Shown: positions 59,051 to 64,000 of the stretch, piece by piece
Layout of the letters: each line of letters opens with the position of its first letter
How positions within the stretch are numbered: position 1 is the stretch's first letter
IMG/VR virus record: IMGVR_UViG_3300028591_000071
Strand: one strand, 5' to 3'
Source of the DNA: a virus
Lineage: Duplodnaviria; Caudoviricetes
DNA length: 64,000 nt
Program-made: the position numbers and the translations under genes
Notes under the pieces: model-generated
The model's input: only the letters and a program-made list of their open reading frames with translations
The model's database searches: none
What the model was told of the DNA's origin: nothing

Positions 59051-61189
59051 TTATTCCGATAATCCGTCATCAACGAGGCCTTCTTCCTTGGCTTCGCTTG
59101 AACCGCTTATAGCGTGCATGTTTTCAACCGCTTCACTTATAAGTTCCTCTCTTTCCAAAGAATCCTCATCAACGAGATTTTCAAATTTATCAAGGACTTT
59201 CCTTAGGTTTTCCTGTATGGTTACGCTCTTTCCTTCAAAATCATACGGTTCTTCAAGAAATCCGTCATCTTCTTCTTTCTTTGCTTCTGACAAAAGGTCA
59301 AAATACTCTTCTGTATAGGTCTTTGTAGCTTTCTTTTTGTATTCTTTGAGATTCGGCTTCTGTTTCATTATGAACTCCATGAGTGGCGTTCCATTGTCTG
59401 CGTCAGGGGCTCCGCCCATATCGGTTTCTCCTGTTTCTCCGCCCATGTCGGAACCGTCTTCAGTACCGGGCTCTCCGAGGTCCATATCCATGTCTCCACC
59501 CATGTCGCCTCCGCCAAGGCCACCCATCATGCCTCCGCCGCCACCGCCGCCGAGACCGTCGTCTTCGCCTTCGCCCTGTGCTTGTTGCTGCTGTGGCGAA
59601 TTCATTGCGTCATAATCTCCATAGATGCGGTCGGTCGTATCGAACATGCCCGTATGCTTGATGATGTTAGCCGTTGCTGCAAGTTCTGCTGCCATGGCCT
59701 TCTCAAGACGGATTTCGTTGAGCATATCCTTGATTTCAGAATCGCTCATCTTCATAATCTCCCTAAGAGCCTTGTGCATTGACATCATAGGGATGCCCGT
59801 GCCTGGGTCCGCAAGAGCAACCTGCATTGCATTAAGCCTCTTTGTAAGGTCATCAAGTTCCTGTGCTTCAATCTGTGTTGAAGGGTTATTGAGTGTAAGG
59901 GTGAAATTTCCAATCTCATCCGTAAGTCCCATGATGTAAAGATGAATCATCGCAATCTTGTTCAACTCCATTAGTATGAATTGCTGAATACGATTAATCA
60001 TCCTTGCGAAACGGACATCAATGAATGAAAGGTTCTGTCCCTTTCCGTTTGCTTCTTGGAAGTTAAGGAATGTTTTAGGAACACGCATTGCGGTCAAGAC
60101 TTTCAACTGCATGTATTCAACATCTTCCATCTGTACCTGACTGTTAGCAGCCTGAAGCGTTTCAATCGGGTTAGGTGCATCTTCCCTACGGACAGGAATG
60201 AAATAGTCGCTCGATACATCAAGGAAATTCTTCCTTAGGTCAACCTGTCCCGTCCCCGGGTCAATGATTGGCGTTCTCTTGAAGTTGTTTGCAATCTGAT
60301 TTACATATGCTTCAACATCTTGGTCGTCAATGTTTCCTACATAAATCTTATAAACACGCCTTTCAATCGCCTTGTCAAGTCTCCAAATGAGCATAGCGTC
60401 TTCCATCATGCTCCACATCCTCCAAGCCCTTCTTGCCTTATGAAGCATAGATACGCCGTAAGGAAGGAAGAACGAGTCGTTGAGTAATCTAAAGTGAGCA
60501 ACTTGCCAATTCCTGTAAGGGTTTTCTCCGTTATGGCCTCTCCAAATGAACTTAACCTCATCTGGTTTGATTTCTCCCGAGTTGGTCATCATTGAAGTGG
60601 TGTATGATGCACTATAGCCATTCTCGTCTCTATCAACTTCATAAACAGGCATCATCATCCATCCCATAACGCCATTATCCTTGCTTATGTTAAGCAATTC
60701 AAATGTGTTTCCGTATTTGCAAAGATGACGGGCTACCATAGGAAGCTCGGTGTAGATATGCAATCTGTTCACGAAAAGGTCTTCCAATATTGCCTTTGTT
60801 CTTTTTGAGCGGGAATAGATATTAAGCATCTTTCCCTTAGAGTTGATAGGACAAGTTTCTTCTGCAATGATATCAAGCGCGGTTCCAATTTCACAAGTCC
60901 CGTCCATGAGGTCAACATCACGGTACATAAGTTTAACCGCATTGTACCCTGCAAGGCTCTCCATTGCATTATCAGCCCCGGCCTTCTTCCATTGATATGC
61001 GAGATATTTCTGTTGTTTCAAAGACGCAAGTTTGCGCTCGTAATCTGCCTTATCTGTAGTCGTATATATAACCCTGTCTTGGTCTGATACAGTAGAAGGT
61101 GTGGTCATAACCGTCGCCGGAACATCTCCTCTGTTACTTCCCCTGAACCTGTCGTTCAATCTTTGAAATATGGTCCTGTTATCTGCCAT
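59051..61189 (-). CDS. Portal protein (gp20-like)
   Basis: LPYGVSML..AR, MEDAMLIWR...ERRVYKIYVGN, DYFIPVR, DVRFARMINRIQ. Confidence 0.92.
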   Translation of the reverse strand: MADNRTIFQRLNDRFRGSNRGDVPATVMTTPSTVSDQDRVIYTTTDKADYERKLASLKQQKYLAYQWKKAGADNAMESLAGYNAVKLMYRDVDLMDGTCEIGTALDIIAEETCPINSKGKMLNIYSRSKRTKAILEDLFVNRLHIYTELPMVARHLCKYGNTFELLNISKDNGVMGWMMMPVYEVDRDENGYSASYTTSMMTNSGEIKPDEVKFIWRGHNGENPYRNWQVAHFRLLNDSFFLPYGVSMLHKARRAWRMWSMMEDAMLIWRLDKAIERRVYKIYVGNIDDQDVEAYVNQIANNFKRTPIIDPGTGQVDLRKNFLDVSSDYFIPVRREDAPNPIETLQAANSQVQMEDVEYMQLKVLTAMRVPKTFLNFQEANGKGQNLSFIDVRFARMINRIQQFILMELNKIAMIHLYIMGLTDEIGNFTLTLNNPSTQIEAQELDDLTKRLNAMQVALADPGTGIPMMSMHKALREIMKMSDSEIKDMLNEIRLEKAMAAELAATANIIKHTGMFDTTDRIYGDYDAMNSPQQQQAQGEGEDDGLGGGGGGGMMGGLGGGDMGGDMDMDLGEPGTEDGSDMGGETGETDMGGAPDADNGTPLMEFIMKQKPNLKEYKKKATKTYTEEYFDLLSEAKKEEDDGFLEEPYDFEGKSVTIQENLRKVLDKFENLVDEDSLEREELISEAVENMHAISGSSEAKEEGLVDDGLSE

Positions 61190-61279
61190 ATATTTTTATC
61201 TAATACAATTATTCAAAATAATATAAGGCATCAGCCCATAAAAGTGAACATAATACCTTATCTATAAATAGTTATGTGT

Positions 61280-61308
61280 TTGACTTTCGGGGCACAATAT
61301 ACTATATT
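61280..61308 (+). promoter_or_regulatory. Sigma70-type promoter TTGACT-N17-TATATT
   Basis: 17-nt spacing upstream of ATG 61328. Confidence 0.65.
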
Positions 61309-61327
61309 AAAAATAAAATAGAACAAT

Positions 61328-61687
61328 ATGGATAATGATTTCAACAAACTCGTCGAGCAGTTTATGCTGATGGACAAGAAAACACTTGCGGAATTGCTTG
61401 CCCTTAAAGAACTTGCAAATAGACAGGATATTCCTGTTATTCCTACATATCCGACGGTTCCGTCAATTCCATGGCCGTATCCTGTGTGGCCAAATACCCC
61501 ATGCGACTGGCCATGGTGGCCTCGAATTTGGTACACAAATACGAGCAACGGGAAAGAGTATGAGAATTTCAGCCAAGCGGAATTAAACAGGCAAGATGTC
61601 GTTGAAAATACGAAAAGTAGTCCTGATATAAATGTAAGCAACGGATTCTGTGGAGGGTACAATTACGGAGGCATAAACATAAGTTAG
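61328..61687 (+). CDS. Hypothetical protein with Pro/Trp-rich segment
   Basis: Own promoter and terminator; PTYPTVPSIPWPYPVWP. Confidence 0.7.
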   Translation: MDNDFNKLVEQFMLMDKKTLAELLALKELANRQDIPVIPTYPTVPSIPWPYPVWPNTPCDWPWWPRIWYTNTSNGKEYENFSQAELNRQDVVENTKSSPDINVSNGFCGGYNYGGINIS

Positions 61688-61688
61688 C

Positions 61689-61723
61689 AAAAAAAAGAGA
61701 GGGATGACCTCTCTTTTTCTTTT
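61689..61723. terminator. Bidirectional terminator
   Basis: AAAAAAAAGAGAGG..CCTCTCTTTTT. Confidence 0.85.
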
Positions 61724-62859
61724 TATATCACATATATTCCAAGCGGAGTGTATCCGAGTATCTTGTTGTTGTTTTCAAGAAGTTCAGAGTTTTCCTTCAT
61801 AATATTTACAGGGCGCATTCTCTCAAGCCTCTTCATTAGCACATCCATTGCCGCATCATATTCTTCCTTTCCCTGTTGGATAAGCATCTGGTAATCCATT
61901 GTCATCTCGGCCTGAGGGATATTTACCTTTCCGCTGAATTTTCCACGGATTAGTCCGAGGGTTTGCTTTGCCTTGGCAACAAGGAGTTGACGAATGATTA
62001 CCTTTGCCGGCTCGTTCAAGAACAGATAGTCAACCTGAGACATAGGGATTTGGTCAGGACTTAAAATAACATCGTCAGCGTGATAACGCATGCACTCGTC
62101 TTCGCTTCCGTCAGATGTGTCATAATATGTGTACCATACCTCGCATCCAACAATTCCTATTCCGCCGTTCCTTATACCTGACCATCCGAATGAAATCTTG
62201 CTGCCCGGGGTTGACATAAGATGAATGAGGTGTGTTCCGTCAGGTCCTGCAGTAACCTTATAAGTAAGGTCTCCACGGAAGAGGCGACTCTTGAAATTAA
62301 GGTCAGATGCCATATACGCGACATCCATTGCCTGAGTTGTATAGAAGCCACCAAGACCGCCGCCGTAGCCGTATCCGGCTCCGACCTGGCCAAGACCGGG
62401 CATCCAACCAACACCTCCGCCCATATAATTGGCAAAAAGTGCGGTATCTGTCATAGGAGGATTGACATACATAACCTTGTTTATGGTTCTTCCGGAAGGT
62501 ACTACATATACCTGTTTTCCTTCTTCAACCGTGATAAAATCTTTCTTCAACTCCCAAGGTCCCTCCTGCTGAAGACCGACCTGTTTTGAGAACCAATATG
62601 AATATTCCTTTGCAAGGTCAAGGCTGCGGGTCATAAATCCCCAAGCAAGTTCCTTTGCATTTGCCACATTTTTTCCGTAAAAAGCCATCCAGTTGTTTGC
62701 AATAATCTCGTTCTGAACCCTTTCTGAATAGTCGCCAATCGCAACCTGCAACAAATCACACAATTGCTTATCCGTCAATTCAACAGATACGACCGGCGCA
62801 CCCAAAAGAGAGCGAACCCTGTCAAACAATTCTCTTACTTCCTCAGTTATCTTAGTCAT
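61723..62859 (-). CDS. Neck protein (gp13-like head-tail adaptor)
   Basis: LGAPVVSVELTDKQL and AKAKQTLGLIRGKFSG motifs. Confidence 0.85.
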   Translation of the reverse strand: MTKITEEVRELFDRVRSLLGAPVVSVELTDKQLCDLLQVAIGDYSERVQNEIIANNWMAFYGKNVANAKELAWGFMTRSLDLAKEYSYWFSKQVGLQQEGPWELKKDFITVEEGKQVYVVPSGRTINKVMYVNPPMTDTALFANYMGGGVGWMPGLGQVGAGYGYGGGLGGFYTTQAMDVAYMASDLNFKSRLFRGDLTYKVTAGPDGTHLIHLMSTPGSKISFGWSGIRNGGIGIVGCEVWYTYYDTSDGSEDECMRYHADDVILSPDQIPMSQVDYLFLNEPAKVIIRQLLVAKAKQTLGLIRGKFSGKVNIPQAEMTMDYQMLIQQGKEEYDAAMDVLMKRLERMRPVNIMKENSELLENNNKILGYTPLGIYVI

Positions 62860-62937
62860 ATGAATAGTCTAATTTATAGATAAATAGTTGCGTGTGCATC
62901 ATTTGTTGATTAGAAAATGATTTTGTATATTTGCCGT

Positions 62938-63393
62938 ATGGAACGAAGAAAATTTTTAAAGAGACTATTCGGCACGGCTGTTGCTGCAACCGCAGTTGCT
63001 GCAGTTCCGTCATTGGCGAAAAAATCAAGCGGAACATTCAAAATCGAAGATATTGCAGAGCAATGCACGGGGAACAAAGACTTGTGGTACTTGAAAAAAG
63101 GATGTTGGCTTGACAATGAATTGAAGAGAATCCTTGGTAACAGGGTTGTTGACAGGAAATATTTTTCTTATTATAACCCTAAAAGAGACATGCTGATTCC
63201 CGTTAAGGATGAATACACTAAAGAAGATTTTCAAGCGTTGTTGCTATTTGCCGAGGACGAGTACGATTTCAATTACTACTGCGCAGGAACAGCAAATGGA
63301 GGCGTTGAAACTGGGTTGTGCCGCTTTATCACCAACAGGACGGGCAACGCATATATTGTTGATTTTTTCAGTGCAAGGAATCCGAAAGAATAA
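62938..63393 (+). CDS. Hypothetical protein with twin-arginine (Tat)-type signal peptide
   Basis: MERRKFLK, Ala/Val hydrophobic stretch, SLA cleavage-like site. Confidence 0.7.
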   Translation: MERRKFLKRLFGTAVAATAVAAVPSLAKKSSGTFKIEDIAEQCTGNKDLWYLKKGCWLDNELKRILGNRVVDRKYFSYYNPKRDMLIPVKDEYTKEDFQALLLFAEDEYDFNYYCAGTANGGVETGLCRFITNRTGNAYIVDFFSARNPKE

Positions 63394-63412
63394 TTTGGCA
63401 CGATATTTGTAA
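63394..63412 (+). promoter_or_regulatory. Sigma54-type -24/-12 site (one mismatch)
   Basis: TTTGGCACGATATTTGTAA. Confidence 0.55.
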
Positions 63413-63422
63413 TAATAAAGGC

Positions 63423-63791
63423 ATGCTTACAAGAAAAGAACTTATTGAAATTGGCGTAAATCCCGACAACATGACTTATCCCGACGGGGAAGAGAATGTC
63501 ATTGTCCAATGTTTTGGCTATGAAGATGGATTGCAGGAGAACTATGCAACGGGGGAGAAGGGCCCTATAAAAGAGGTTTACCCCGATATCTATCACCCAC
63601 GGAGGAATAGCGTTTATATGTGTACAGACGGGGATGTTCCATTTGAAACAGAAGAGGCGAAGAAAGATTGGGTGGCACACCTTCGTGATTCGGCGGAAAG
63701 ACTCAAAGTGATGGCATATTACCTTTCAAAGCAGGCGGATGAAATAGAAGAACTCGGCTATCCGAAGACTGATTGTTATTATCCGGAATAG
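63423..63791 (+). CDS. Hypothetical acidic protein
   Basis: 122-aa ORF between two copies of the motif. Confidence 0.75.
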   Translation: MLTRKELIEIGVNPDNMTYPDGEENVIVQCFGYEDGLQENYATGEKGPIKEVYPDIYHPRRNSVYMCTDGDVPFETEEAKKDWVAHLRDSAERLKVMAYYLSKQADEIEELGYPKTDCYYPE

Positions 63792-63810
63792 TTTGGCACG
63801 ATATTTGCAA
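63792..63810 (+). promoter_or_regulatory. Sigma54-type -24/-12 site (consensus)
   Basis: TTTGGCACGATATTTGCAA = TGGCACG-N4-TTGC. Confidence 0.65.
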
Positions 63811-63821
63811 TATAAAAAAGC

Positions 63822-64000
63822 ATGATGATTTTAACAGCACTTTTTGGAATTAAAGAAGCCATCTTATTCCTGATTGGAATATGTGTTTTTTCGTACTTCA
63901 TTGTCATGGCGATTAACAACGTATATGACAAAGAAGCAAAAAAGGCGATGGCCGCTCCGATTGAGACCGCAAAAGAGATGGGACTCAACCTTTTTCATAG
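63822..64000 (+). CDS. Membrane protein, 5' part only (MMILTALFGIKEAILFLIGICVFSYFIV...)
   Basis: Frame open to window end; N-terminal hydrophobic helix. Confidence 0.65.
   Translation, partial: MMILTALFGIKEAILFLIGICVFSYFIVMAINNVYDKEAKKAMAAPIETAKEMGLNLFH

Noticed and set aside
1-64000. Alternative genetic code (TAG recoding as in Lak and some crAss-like phages)
   Set aside because: Core genes are full length in the standard code, and TAG ends several genes at sensible positions (e.g. 30728, 38852, 63791).
1-64000. CRISPR arrays, tRNA/rRNA genes, reverse transcriptase or DGR repeats
   Set aside because: I saw no regularly spaced repeats, cloverleaf motifs or RT motifs; a tRNA scan was not run.

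Overview
This window is part of a large (jumbo-type) myovirus genome with T4-like virion proteins, read in the standard genetic code. Morphogenesis genes include portal, neck proteins, tail sheath, tail tube (plus a diverged tube paralogue), tape measure, tail chaperone/hub, baseplate and spike. Replication and nucleotide genes include family B DNA polymerase, SNF2 helicase, gp32-like SSB, thymidine kinase, dUTPase, HD and HAD hydrolases and a NADAR. There are also a probable gp55-like sigma factor, three glycosyltransferases plus RmlD, and three peptidoglycan hydrolases. A-rich translation starts without Shine-Dalgarno motifs and TAnnTTTG promoters suggest a Bacteroidota host (inference). Most notable: (1) a 1287-bp non-autonomous IS1595-derived cassette (41965-43251) with perfect 25-bp inverted repeats, inserted in a terminator, carrying a phage-late-promoter-driven passenger, a GIY-YIG-like gene and a small-RNA-like unit; (2) a shared amphipathic 'L/I-x-E' leader on many unrelated late proteins, a candidate capsid-targeting signal; (3) a late promoter AACTATTTATA, the reverse complement of T4's, including one copy that drives no ORF; (4) sigma54-type promoters giving near-leaderless starts; (5) a probable +1/-2 tail-chaperone frameshift. 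Family calls come from motif recognition by eye; no database searches were run.
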